64,000 nt of DNA from an uncultured Eubacteriales bacterium (lineage in GTDB: Bacteria > Bacillota > Clostridia > Christensenellales > CAG-138): NCBI GenBank assembly GCA_900540495.1, contig UQGA01000002.1, positions 61,230 to 125,229 on the forward strand, read 5' to 3'. This document shows positions 1-9,248 of this stretch, in pieces. How positions within the stretch are numbered: position 1 is the stretch's first letter; every line of letters begins with the position of its first letter. A model generated the notes under the pieces. It was not told the origin of the DNA and ran no database searches. It saw only the letters and a list, made by a program, of their open reading frames with translations. Both the position numbers and the translations under genes were made by a program.

Positions 1-173
1 GGCCGGGACGGCGAATTTCAGGATCAAGGCCGGTTCGGCGAACGTGTTGACCCAGACGCTGACCGTCCAATGAGCTCTCCGCTGCGCGGCGCTGCCGCGC
101 GGCGTGACGATAGAACCCTTGCCGCGGGACAGCGCGGCAACCACAAAGGCAATAACAAAAAGGAGGAAGTACT

Positions 174-1292
174 ATGAAAAAGACCCTTGCGATCCTTCTG
201 GTGCTGTTGTTCTGCCTCGCGGCGTTCGCGGGCTGCGACACCCAGACGAACGATCCGGCCGTGGACGGCACCACGACGGAAGCCCCCGTTGTTACCGACG
301 ATGCGACCGAACCGGATGATTCCAACGACGACGAAACGGTGGAGAACGTTCAGCTCGACAGCCTCGTGCTCTACTTCGTCCCCTCCCGCGAGCCGGACGA
401 GATCGTCACCATCACCGAGCCGCTCAAGGACCTGCTCAAGAACGAGATGGCGGGCCTCGGCTATGACGTGGGCACCGTCGAAATCTTCGTCGGCACGACG
501 TATGAGGCGGTCGGCGAGGCGCTTTCCGCCGGCACGGCCGACATCGGCTTTGGTATGCCGGGCGGCACCTATGTGCTGTATGACGACGGCGCCGAGGTCA
601 TCCTGACCTCCACGCGCGACGGCCTCAGCAAGGATTCCGATAATGCCAAGGACTGGAACGACGGGCAGCCGACCGAGGCTTCCGACGTGCAGGCGGTCTC
701 CTATCGCGCGCTGCTGATCGCCGGTCCGTCCGAGAAGGGCCAGGCCGTTGCGGCCAAGGTCAACGCGGGCGAGGAGCTCACCTGGGACGACATCAACGGC
801 CTCAGCTGGAGCGTCATGAACTCTTCTTCCTCGGCCGGCTACATCTATCCGGCGCTCTGGATGCAGGAGCACTTCGGTAAGGGCATCACCGATCTGGACA
901 ACGCCGTCCAGGCGGATTCCTACGGCAGCGCGTTTGCGCGTCTTGCCTCCGGACAGGTGGATGCGCTGATGACCTATGCGGATGCGCGCCGCGACTATGA
1001 GGACAAGTGGACTAGCGAGTATGCCCGCACCGCCTCCATCTGGGAGGAGACGAACGTCATCGGCGTCACGCCGGGCATCTATAACGACACCATCTGCGTC
1101 AGTAAGACGGCCGAGAAGATGGACGATGCGCTGAAGGCTGCGCTGCAGCAGGCGTTCATCAACATCGCGGGCACGCCGGAGGGCCAGGAGGTCATCGCCA
1201 TCTACAGCCACAACGGCTATCAGACGGCCGTCGCCTCCGACTATGACGACGAGCGCGCTGCGCAGGAGCTGATCCAGAGCCTGAGCAACTGA
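174..1292 (+). CDS. phnD: ABC transporter substrate-binding lipoprotein, phosphonate/phosphite-binding (PhnD) family
   Basis: 372-aa ORF with lipoprotein signal MKKTLAILLVLLFCLAAFAGC. An acidic linker precedes a PhnD-like body. SD AAGGAGG lies just upstream. phnC/phnE-type genes follow. Confidence 0.8.
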   Translation: MKKTLAILLVLLFCLAAFAGCDTQTNDPAVDGTTTEAPVVTDDATEPDDSNDDETVENVQLDSLVLYFVPSREPDEIVTITEPLKDLLKNEMAGLGYDVGTVEIFVGTTYEAVGEALSAGTADIGFGMPGGTYVLYDDGAEVILTSTRDGLSKDSDNAKDWNDGQPTEASDVQAVSYRALLIAGPSEKGQAVAAKVNAGEELTWDDINGLSWSVMNSSSSAGYIYPALWMQEHFGKGITDLDNAVQADSYGSAFARLASGQVDALMTYADARRDYEDKWTSEYARTASIWEETNVIGVTPGIYNDTICVSKTAEKMDDALKAALQQAFINIAGTPEGQEVIAIYSHNGYQTAVASDYDDERAAQELIQSLSN

Positions 1293-1396
1293 GGACCGGG
1301 CAACCGGTTCACACCTGAACCGACCGGTACGCGGGGGGGCAACCTGCGCCCCCGCGTACCGCCATGCCAGACAAGATCCGTGCGGAGGTTATTTCC

Positions 1397-2161
1397 ATGA
1401 TTCGCTTTGACCATGTATCCAAGGTATATCCAAACGGCACCGTAGGGCTCGACGACATCTCGCTGGAGATCGAACAGGGGGAGTTTGTCGGCATCATCGG
1501 CCTGTCGGGGGCGGGGAAGTCGACGCTGCTGCGTTCGATCAACCGCATGCACGACGTCACGGGCGGCTCGCTTACGGTGGACGGGCAGGATGTATCCGCT
1601 CTGCGCGGCAAACCGCTGCGCCGCTTCCGCCGGAACATCGGCATGATCTTCCAGTCGTTCAACCTCGTGACGCGCACGACGGTCATTCGCAACGTGCTGA
1701 TGGCGCGGGTGCCGGACATGCCGTTCTGGCGCGTATTCTTCGGTGCGTTTAAAAAGCAGGATAAGCTGCTTGCCCTCGAGTGCCTCGACAAGGTGGGCAT
1801 TCTGGACAAGGCCTATATCCGGGCAGACCAGCTTTCCGGCGGACAGCAGCAGCGCGTAGCGCTGGCGCGCACGCTTGCGCAGAACCCGAAGATCATTCTG
1901 GCGGATGAGCCGGTGGCTGCGCTCGATCCCGTGACCGCCAAGCAGGTCATGGAGGATTTCGTACGCATCAACCGGGATATGAACATCTCCATTCTCATCA
2001 ACATCCACCATGTGGAGCTGGCGCTGACGTACGCCAACCGGATCATCGGCATCCGGGCAGGGCAGATCGTATTCGACGGTCCGTCTGCGGAGGTTACGCA
2101 GGACGTGCTCAACGCCATCTATGAGGGGCATATCCCCGAAAGCGGAGGGGATGCGGCATGA
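1397..2161 (+). CDS. phnC: Phosphonate-type ABC transporter ATP-binding protein
   Basis: Walker A GLSGAGKSTLLRSINRM, signature LSGGQQQRVALARTL and Walker B ILADEP. I prefer the ATG at 1397 (GGAGG 8 nt upstream) over the track start at 1364. Confidence 0.85.
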   Translation: MIRFDHVSKVYPNGTVGLDDISLEIEQGEFVGIIGLSGAGKSTLLRSINRMHDVTGGSLTVDGQDVSALRGKPLRRFRRNIGMIFQSFNLVTRTTVIRNVLMARVPDMPFWRVFFGAFKKQDKLLALECLDKVGILDKAYIRADQLSGGQQQRVALARTLAQNPKIILADEPVAALDPVTAKQVMEDFVRINRDMNISILINIHHVELALTYANRIIGIRAGQIVFDGPSAEVTQDVLNAIYEGHIPESGGDAA

Positions 2162-2979
2162 GCCTCTACGATAAGATTTTCAAACCGAAGCGGATGCAGC
2201 TTGCAAACGGCAAGGTCGTTGAGGAGAAGGCCTCGCGCACGCCGCTGGTGCTGCTGCTGTTGCTCGTTGCAGCGGTGATCTCCGTGCGCGTGACGGGCTT
2301 CAGTCTGCAAACGCTGATCCAGCGCGGCAAGGAGTTTTTTGTAATACTCGGCCAGATGTTCCCGCCCAAGGTGGGGTATCTGTCCAGCATCTGGCAGCCG
2401 CTGTTTGACACCATCAAAATGTCGCTGCTTGGCTCGTTCATCGGCAGCGCGCTTGCCATTCCGTTTGCGATCATCGCCTCGACCAATATCGTCCACAACC
2501 GCGTCTGCATCGCGCTGGTGCGGTTTTTCCTGAGCCTGGTGCGCACGCTGCCGACGCTGGTCACCGCATTGATCGCCACCTACATGTTCGGCCTCGGCAC
2601 CATCGCCGGGACGGTCGCCATCGCGGTGTTCACGTTCGCCTATGTCGGCAAGCAGCTCTATGAACAGATCGAGACCGTGGATATGGGCGCGTATGAGGCG
2701 ATGGAGGCGCTTGGCTCCACCAAGGTGCGGGCTTTCCTTTCCGCCATCCTGCCGCAGGTATTGCCGGTCTACCTGTCCATCTGCCTGTTCTGCTTTGAAG
2801 GGAACGTCCGCTATGCGTCCATCCTGGGCTACGTCGGGGCGGGCGGCCTTGGCTTGATTCTGAACGAGAAGATTGGCTGGCGGGATTATGCCAGCGTCGG
2901 CATGATCCTCATCGTGCTGTTCGTCACCGTACTGCTGATCGAGTCGATCAGCCAGTATATCCGCCGCAGGCTTTCGTAG
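2158..2979 (+). CDS. phnE: Phosphonate-type ABC transporter permease
   Basis: 273-aa polytopic membrane ORF. ATGA overlap with phnC. PhnE-like motifs (MGAYEAMEALG, ILPQVLP). Confidence 0.8.
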   Translation: MSLYDKIFKPKRMQLANGKVVEEKASRTPLVLLLLLVAAVISVRVTGFSLQTLIQRGKEFFVILGQMFPPKVGYLSSIWQPLFDTIKMSLLGSFIGSALAIPFAIIASTNIVHNRVCIALVRFFLSLVRTLPTLVTALIATYMFGLGTIAGTVAIAVFTFAYVGKQLYEQIETVDMGAYEAMEALGSTKVRAFLSAILPQVLPVYLSICLFCFEGNVRYASILGYVGAGGLGLILNEKIGWRDYASVGMILIVLFVTVLLIESISQYIRRRLS

Positions 2980-2994
2980 CAGGGGGAACGCGCC

Positions 2995-3804
2995 ATGAAA
3001 CAAACCGTTATCGAAAAATACGAGCACGCGCCCAAGACCTGGTACGTCAAGATCCTCATTGCGCTCATCGCGGCGGCCCTGATCGCGTGGTCGTCCTCCA
3101 CGCTGGAGGGCGGCGCCACGGGCGGCGACGGCTGGAGCATCGCCGGGCGCATCTTCTCCGGCATTTTCCATCCGGATACGGACCTGCTGTTCGACCTTGG
3201 CAAATCGGGCGTGGCCTACCTGCTGCTCGAAACGATGTGTATCGCATTTCTCGGCACGATCGTCGGCGCGGTGTTTTCCATCCCGCTTTCGTTCCTGTCG
3301 GCGACGAACCTCGTGCCCAAACCCATCGCCGTCGTGGTGCATACGGTCATCATGGCCATCCGCACCATTCCGCCGTTCGTCTACGGCCTCATGTTCATCC
3401 GCGTGACCGGACCGGGCGCGTTCGCGGGCCTCATGACCATGTCGGTCTGTTCCATCGGCATGGTATCGAAAATGTTTACCGAGTGCATCGAAGGTCTCGA
3501 CAAGCGCATTCTGGAATCGCTCGACGCGGCAGGCTGCAACACCTTCCAGAAGATCCGTTACGGCATTTTGCCCCAGCTGTTCCCCGACTTCATGTCCACG
3601 GTGATCTACCGCTTTGACATGAATCTGCGCGACGCGACCGTGCTGGGCCTTGTGGGCGCGGGCGGTATCGGCGCGCCGCTCATCTTTGCGATGAGCTCCT
3701 ACCGCTGGAACGAGGTGGGCGCGATCCTTGCCGGGCTGATTGTGCTCATCTTCATCATCGAGATCATCTCCACCAAGATTCGGGTGAAGCTCGCGCGGGG
3801 GTGA
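2995..3804 (+). CDS. phnE: Phosphonate-type ABC transporter permease (second copy)
   Basis: 269-aa membrane ORF, paralogous to the preceding permease (ESLDAAG, ILPQLFP, GLVGAGGIG). Confidence 0.8.
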   Translation: MKQTVIEKYEHAPKTWYVKILIALIAAALIAWSSSTLEGGATGGDGWSIAGRIFSGIFHPDTDLLFDLGKSGVAYLLLETMCIAFLGTIVGAVFSIPLSFLSATNLVPKPIAVVVHTVIMAIRTIPPFVYGLMFIRVTGPGAFAGLMTMSVCSIGMVSKMFTECIEGLDKRILESLDAAGCNTFQKIRYGILPQLFPDFMSTVIYRFDMNLRDATVLGLVGAGGIGAPLIFAMSSYRWNEVGAILAGLIVLIFIIEIISTKIRVKLARG

Positions 3805-3811
3805 CCTGTCC

Positions 3812-5344
3812 ATGCCGGAAAAGACCCTTACCATCTGTTATACGACCGACCTGCACGGGCACTTCTATCCCACCACCTATGGCGACAAGGCGGAAGCGCC
3901 GATCGGGCTCTTTCGCTGCGTGCCCCGGTTCGACCGGGGGGAGAACGTGCTGATCATCGACGGCGGCGATACGCTGCAGGGTTCTCCGTTCGCCACCTAC
4001 TGCCAGAAGGAACTGCATGCGCCGGATACGGTCGCGGAGATCATGAACCTGTGCGGCTATGATATCGTGACGCTGGGGAACCACGACTTCAACTATGGCA
4101 TGCCGTACCTGGACGCCTATCTGGCGCACGGTCGCTTCGCCTGCGTGTGCGAAAACCTGCACGACGGGGCGGGCGGGCCGCGATACCCCTATCTGATCCG
4201 GACGATGCCCAACGGCCTGCGCGTCGGGGTTGTCGGCGTCGTAACGGACTATGTCAACGTCTGGGAAAAGCCGGAGAATCTTTCCGGCGTGCGCATCACG
4301 GACCCGTTTGCAGCGGCGCGCGAGGCGCTCGAAGCCATGCGCGGGCAGGCCGACCTCACGGTCTGCATCTACCATGGCGGCTTTGAGCGCGACCTTGACA
4401 CGGGGCGGCTGCTGTCCGGGAGCGGCGAGAACATCGCCTACCGGCTCTGCCGGGAGCTGGATTTTGACCTGTTGCTGACCGGCCACCAACACCTTTCGCT
4501 GCCGGGCCGCATGCTCCACGGGACCTATACGCTGCAAGGCGCTGCCAATGGGATTGAGTTTCATCGCATCACCGTCGCAGTGGGAGAGGATGGCGGCAAG
4601 CGTATCTCCTCCGAGCGAATCGCTGCGAGCGCGCCGGCGGATGTCGCGCTGCAGATGACGTTTTCCGATGTGGAGTCAGCGGTGCAGGCCTGGCTGGATG
4701 AAAGCGTGGGCAGCCTGCCCCACGCGCTTCGGCGCGCGCCGCATCTGGAGATGGCCGCGCATGGCAGCGATATTGCGCGGCTGTTTCTCGACGTGCAGAT
4801 GGAGGCGACCGGCGCGCAGATCTCTGCCGTCAGCCTGGCCAACGACGTGTTGGGATTTGCCAGCTCTGTGACGAGGCGGGATATCCTGGCAAGCTATCCC
4901 TATTCCAATACGCTCGTGGTGCTCGAGATCACGGGGGCGAAGCTTCGCGCCGCGTTGGAACGCTCGGCGGCCTATTTTGCGCTGGACGCATCCGGCGCGC
5001 TGACCGTTTCGGAGGCGTTCCTGCTGCCGAAGGTCGAGCACTACAACTATGATTATTACGGCGGGATTGCATACCGGTTTGACGTATCGCGCCCGGTGGG
5101 GGAGCGCGTCGTATTCCTGCAATACGAGGGGCGCGATGTGCGTCCGGACGAGCGCTTTTCCATCTGCGTGAGCAATTATCGCGCCAGCGGCGCCGGCGGT
5201 TATGACATGTACCCCGGCTGTCGCGTGCTGCGCGAGGTGCAGCAGGACATGTCGGACCTGATCCTGGACTACTTCGAACGCGGCCTGCAGCAGACGCTGT
5301 TTTCGCGGATGCCGTTCCGGTTTGAGGTAACGGGTGGTCGCTGA
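3812..5344 (+). CDS. Bifunctional metallophosphatase/5'-nucleotidase family protein, no signal peptide
   Basis: 510 aa. Calcineurin-like motifs DLHGH, DGGD, GNHDFN and a C-terminal 5'-nucleotidase-like domain. Starts 7 nt after phnE. The N-terminus MPEKTLTICYTTDLHGHF is not a signal peptide. Confidence 0.8.
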   Translation: MPEKTLTICYTTDLHGHFYPTTYGDKAEAPIGLFRCVPRFDRGENVLIIDGGDTLQGSPFATYCQKELHAPDTVAEIMNLCGYDIVTLGNHDFNYGMPYLDAYLAHGRFACVCENLHDGAGGPRYPYLIRTMPNGLRVGVVGVVTDYVNVWEKPENLSGVRITDPFAAAREALEAMRGQADLTVCIYHGGFERDLDTGRLLSGSGENIAYRLCRELDFDLLLTGHQHLSLPGRMLHGTYTLQGAANGIEFHRITVAVGEDGGKRISSERIAASAPADVALQMTFSDVESAVQAWLDESVGSLPHALRRAPHLEMAAHGSDIARLFLDVQMEATGAQISAVSLANDVLGFASSVTRRDILASYPYSNTLVVLEITGAKLRAALERSAAYFALDASGALTVSEAFLLPKVEHYNYDYYGGIAYRFDVSRPVGERVVFLQYEGRDVRPDERFSICVSNYRASGAGGYDMYPGCRVLREVQQDMSDLILDYFERGLQQTLFSRMPFRFEVTGGR

Positions 5345-5540
5345 GACGCGCTGCATCCCCTGTGCTTGCCCGGCGGCCTGGCCGCCAGCGGCGACGGTGG
5401 GCCGGAGAACCGCATATCCGGCGCCCGCATCGTCGTTTTGCGCCAGTGCAGATGGGGGACCCCGGCCGCGCGCCGGGGGATACCGCCGGGCAGGGTTTCC
5501 TTTCCCATGCGCCCCGGGGCGGGCCATCCTGCGCCCCGGG

Positions 5541-5574
5541 AAAAGCGGCCCGCCGGCGATTGCCGGCGGGCCGC
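5541..5574. terminator. Strong hairpin between convergent genes, probable terminator for nahK and possibly bidirectional
   Basis: 13-bp perfect stem GCGGCCCGCCGGC-gatt-GCCGGCGGGCCGC. The A-run on the plus strand gives a T-run for the minus transcript. A weaker T-rich tract follows on the plus strand. Confidence 0.6.
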
Positions 5575-5623
5575 TTACTGCCTGTTTATAAGCCGCGCAG
5601 GAACTCAGCGGGCGGCCTGCGCC

Positions 5624-6739
5624 TCATGTGCCACCAGTTCCCCTCTCATGTGCCGCAAGTTCTCCCTCGCGTGCCGCAATTTCCTCCATGCGCGCCCATT
5701 TTTTCTCCATATCTTCGACAAGCCGCAGTTGCGTGCGGGCGCGGTCAAGGTTCTGCCCCGGGCGCGAGGTGTGGAAATACGTATCCCCCTGCAGATAGTC
5801 CGTCAGGAAGCGCACGCCGCACTCGAGCGTCATGATCTTGGCGCCGAGCGGCAGCAGGTTCTTTTCGGCCTCCGTCAGCGCGTTGCCGCAGGCGGACAGA
5901 TAGCCGCGGACATAGGTTTCAAACAGCGGGAGGCTCAGCTCCACGCGCGACAGATCCCGCTCGTCCTCGGCGGCCGTGGAGGCGCCGAAGCGGATGGAGT
6001 CGCCAAAGTCATACAGCGACAGCCCGGCCATGACGGTATCCAGGTCGATCACGCAGAGGGGCCTGCGGGTATCGAGATCGAGCATGACGTTGTTGAGCTT
6101 GGTGTCGTTGTGCGTCACGCGCAGCGGGAGCGCGCCGCTCTCCATCATCCGATGCAGCGTGCCGCCGGTTTCTTCGCGCGCGAGGAATCCGTCCAGCTCC
6201 GCCTGAACGTCGGCAACCCGCCCGCAGACGTCCGCGTCTACGGCGGCCTTCAGGTTTTCGTAACGGTTGACGGTGTTGTGGAAGTTCGGGATGACCGGAT
6301 ACAGCCGCTCCGCCGGGAAATCCGCCAGCAGATTTTGAAATTCGCCAAAGGCGACGGCGCTCTGGTAAAAGTCTTCCGGCGTTTCCGCCGCCTGCAGGCA
6401 AACGCCGTCCAGGACGAAATCGTACATGCGCCAGCAGCCGCCGTCCTCCAGGGTGAGGTAGGGCCGCCCGTCGCGCGTGGGTACGAGCCGAAGGGCATGG
6501 CGCGGATCGGCAGCCTTTTTCTGCAGATGCTCCGTCACCGCGACGATGTTTTGCATCAGTTCATCCGGATGCCGGAAGATATCCGTATTGATCCGCTGCA
6601 ATATGTACAGCCGGCCGGCATCGGTCGCCACCAGAAGCGTCGTGTTGATGTGCCCGGCGCCGTATCCGCCGCAGAGCACGGCGTTGCCGCGTGTGGCAAA
6701 GCGGGAAGCGACGGCAAGGCCGTCTACGGTCGTTTTCAT
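5624..6739 (-). CDS. nahK: N-acetylhexosamine 1-kinase (aminoglycoside phosphotransferase fold)
   Basis: True start is MKTTVDGLAV at 6739 (GGAGGA upstream). The track ORF is over-extended to 7036. Kinase motifs GHINTT, HNDTKLNNVM, IDLDT. Adjacent to the GH112 gene. Confidence 0.8.
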   Translation of the reverse strand: MKTTVDGLAVASRFATRGNAVLCGGYGAGHINTTLLVATDAGRLYILQRINTDIFRHPDELMQNIVAVTEHLQKKAADPRHALRLVPTRDGRPYLTLEDGGCWRMYDFVLDGVCLQAAETPEDFYQSAVAFGEFQNLLADFPAERLYPVIPNFHNTVNRYENLKAAVDADVCGRVADVQAELDGFLAREETGGTLHRMMESGALPLRVTHNDTKLNNVMLDLDTRRPLCVIDLDTVMAGLSLYDFGDSIRFGASTAAEDERDLSRVELSLPLFETYVRGYLSACGNALTEAEKNLLPLGAKIMTLECGVRFLTDYLQGDTYFHTSRPGQNLDRARTQLRLVEDMEKKWARMEEIAAREGELAAHERGTGGT

Positions 6740-6828
6740 GTGTGATCCTCCCATACGGAAATTGCGGCGCCGACCGCCGGGGGGCGGGGAGGCGCCGCGA
6801 TGGTTGCGCGCCCGTGCGCGTGCCGCCG

Positions 6829-9003
6829 TCAGGCGTCGATGGAAAACCAGCGAAGCTCGCCCGGTGCGAGCGACAGCGCAAAGGATTTGCCGTCCGGGCA
6901 GAAAACGGTTGTCTCCTGCGGCAGGTCGGTGTTGTTGACGGCGCAGAACCGGCCGTTGCGCACGTAAGCGTTTACCTCGACGGCCGGGTTGGAGCTGAAC
7001 CAGTTGCGCAGCTCGTCCTCGCTGCCGGCCGCCCAAAGGATGGCGCGGTGCAGGATGCGGCTGTTTTCGTCGCTGTATGGCAGCCCGGTAAGATAGACCG
7101 ACCGGCCGTGGCCGAAGGCGTTGGCCGCCATCAGCACATTGCGCCCGTCCTTTGCCAGCACCTGTGCGCCGGGCAGGGCGTAGATGCCGCGCTTGAGCGG
7201 GCCGAAGTCCGGCGTGCCGGCACAGTCGGCGAGAATGAAGTGGTTCGGCACGACGTCCCAGTTGTACTTGTCGTAACCGAGGGTAAAGCCGGTTTCCTTT
7301 TCCACGCCCAGCACCTGTGCAAGCTGGAGGATATGGCCCTGATAGGCATGCCCGCTCGGCTCCCCGACGCCGATCAGCCCGCCGCCGCGAGATACGAACC
7401 CGCGCACGGCCGCGCTGATGCGGGGATTCTCCCAGAGCACGCCGCCGGTGTGCGCGGTGTCGCCGTCGCCGACCAGCAGCAGTACATCCACATCCGCAAG
7501 GGCGTCCGGGTTTTGCAGCAGGTCGTCAAAGCTCAGGAAGCGCACGTCGAACGGCGCGCCGGAGAGCGCCTCGATCACGCCCGCATAGCTGTAATTCTCC
7601 GGATGGTAGATCGCGTGATGGACCATGTGGCAGCCCCACGAACGTTGCCTGCCCCAGCAGTTGAGCACGGCGACCGTCTTGGCGCAGTACGGTTCGGCCC
7701 CCTCCATGTTCGCATAGAGTTCGCGGAACTCGTCGCAGATGTTTTTGACGCAGTCTACAAAGCCGGGGAACTGCACCGCCAGCTTCAGGTATCCGCCGTA
7801 CCCGATGCGGTCGATGGGCTTGCGCAGGATCGCACGGCGCGCGGTCAGCCAGTTGCGGCGCGCCTCACCGACCGGATCGCCGCCCTCATGGAAGGTATCC
7901 GGGAAGAAGTACGGCAAAAACCGCCCCTCCGTGTAGGAAACGCCCTGAATATCCGAGATCAGGCGCAGCGTGCTGCCGTTGCCTACGGAGCCGACAACGC
8001 CGTCGAGCCCGATGGTGGAAAATTCCGGCAGGTATGGCTCCGTGCCGATCCAGTGGTCGCCGAGGAACATCAGCGCCTCCTTGCCGAGCTCGTGCGTGAT
8101 GTCCACCATTTCCCGGGCGAGTTTGGCGACTTCGCGGCGCTGAAAGGCCATGAAGTCGAGGTATTCCCGGCTGGGCACCCGGTACTGGTTGTTGTAATAG
8201 CCCTGGTCGATGATGTATTCCGGACGGAAGCGATAACCGACCTCGCGCTCAAACCGCTCGAGGATGTAGGGCGAAACGGACGCGGAATAGCCGTACCAGT
8301 CCACATATTTTTCCCGCCGCAGCTCGTCGAAGATCAGCGTGAACTGGTGGAAGAACGTGGTATACCGGATCACATCCACGTATGGGTGCTCGCGGATGTA
8401 TCGCCGCAGCCGCTCCAGGGAGTAGGCGTGCGTCTTGGGCTGGCGCACGTCGAAGGTCATCTGGTGTTCAAAGTCCTTCCAATCGTTGGTGACCGCGTTA
8501 TACATGTGCACCGGGTCCCAGATCAGGTAGGCGAGGAAGCTCACCGTATACTCGTGATATGCCTGCGGCTGCGGGATGACGACCGCGCCGGCGGCCTCGT
8601 CAAAGACCCATTCCGCCGGCGCAAGCGGGCGGTTTGCGGTGCGGTCCATGACCTCCCACCAGCGGCGGATATCGTCGCGGGCGTTGATCTGCAGCAGCTC
8701 CTCCGATATCCCCTGCATGAGCGGGATGGACAGGGCGCCCTCGCCGGCCGTGTGGAATCCGGTCATGATATAGCACTGCTGCACCTCGTCCGGGTTCGCC
8801 TTGGCCCAGGCGTTATCCTTGCGGGTCGTATAGTAGGTGGAGTAGATCTTGGCGCCCACCTGCTTGAGACCGTCGGGGAATTCCGTTCCATCGCAGTCGC
8901 GGATGGCGTCCGCCCCCCAGAGCTCCTTGACCGCAAGGGTCTCCTGCACCATGTCGAGGTCGGTCGGGATGGTGACGCGTCCGGTCCGTTTGCTATCGTT
9001 CAT
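6829..9003 (-). CDS. lnpA: 1,3-beta-galactosyl-N-acetylhexosamine phosphorylase (GH112, GNB/LNB phosphorylase)
   Basis: 724-aa ORF of GH112 size and N-terminus (TIPTDLDMVQETLAVKELWGADAIRDCDGTEFP). SD GAGGAG upstream. Sits in an operon with a sugar ABC transporter and nahK. Confidence 0.8.
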   Translation of the reverse strand: MNDSKRTGRVTIPTDLDMVQETLAVKELWGADAIRDCDGTEFPDGLKQVGAKIYSTYYTTRKDNAWAKANPDEVQQCYIMTGFHTAGEGALSIPLMQGISEELLQINARDDIRRWWEVMDRTANRPLAPAEWVFDEAAGAVVIPQPQAYHEYTVSFLAYLIWDPVHMYNAVTNDWKDFEHQMTFDVRQPKTHAYSLERLRRYIREHPYVDVIRYTTFFHQFTLIFDELRREKYVDWYGYSASVSPYILERFEREVGYRFRPEYIIDQGYYNNQYRVPSREYLDFMAFQRREVAKLAREMVDITHELGKEALMFLGDHWIGTEPYLPEFSTIGLDGVVGSVGNGSTLRLISDIQGVSYTEGRFLPYFFPDTFHEGGDPVGEARRNWLTARRAILRKPIDRIGYGGYLKLAVQFPGFVDCVKNICDEFRELYANMEGAEPYCAKTVAVLNCWGRQRSWGCHMVHHAIYHPENYSYAGVIEALSGAPFDVRFLSFDDLLQNPDALADVDVLLLVGDGDTAHTGGVLWENPRISAAVRGFVSRGGGLIGVGEPSGHAYQGHILQLAQVLGVEKETGFTLGYDKYNWDVVPNHFILADCAGTPDFGPLKRGIYALPGAQVLAKDGRNVLMAANAFGHGRSVYLTGLPYSDENSRILHRAILWAAGSEDELRNWFSSNPAVEVNAYVRNGRFCAVNNTDLPQETTVFCPDGKSFALSLAPGELRWFSIDA

Positions 9004-9019
9004 CTGCCTGCTCCTCGGT

Positions 9020-9247
9020 TCATTTTCTGCGCCGCTGCACGCGCGGCGACGGGTCCTCGAACGCCTTGTTGTAGACCAGCAGCGCCGAGAGCAGCAGCAC
9101 CAGCCCCACGAGCATGATCAGCAGCCCGCTCAGCTTGCCGGTCATGGCCCAACCCACGCATACGAGCGCCAGCCCCGCCGCAAAGAACACCAGGATCAGC
9201 GTCAGGCGCAATGCCTTATGGTCTTTCCAGAATTGCATCTTGCTCAC
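9020..9247 (-). CDS. Small hypothetical membrane protein (two predicted TM helices)
   Basis: 75-aa ORF, hydrophobic (LTLILVFFAAGLALVCVGWAM, LLIMLVGLVLLLSALLVY). Wedged between the permease stop (9249) and the lnpA start. Start codon is ambiguous (GTG 9247 or ATG 9238). Confidence 0.5.
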   Translation of the reverse strand: MSKMQFWKDHKALRLTLILVFFAAGLALVCVGWAMTGKLSGLLIMLVGLVLLLSALLVYNKAFEDPSPRVQRRRK

Positions 9248-9248
9248 C

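Noticed and set aside
2-73. Possible 3' end of an upstream plus-strand gene at the left edge (...NVLTQTLTVQ stop at 71-73).
   Set aside because: It is too short to evaluate. Frame 1 is also open across the same stretch.
24-1211. 395-aa minus-strand ORF antisense to the PhnD-like gene. The same applies to similar long antisense ORFs across the window, including 2119..3834, 6691..9117, 9114..11048, 11100..12581, 16182..18278, 18687..20582 (upstream part), 30725..32890, 40065..42221, 46682..48142, 49850..51220, 51497..53218, 52969..55167, 55207..56703, 57787..59340 and 62244..63365.
   Set aside because: Their translations are Arg/Gly/His/Pro-rich low-complexity strings with no recognisable motifs. 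Each mirrors a confidently identified gene on the other strand. Long stop-free antisense frames are expected at about 65-70% GC.
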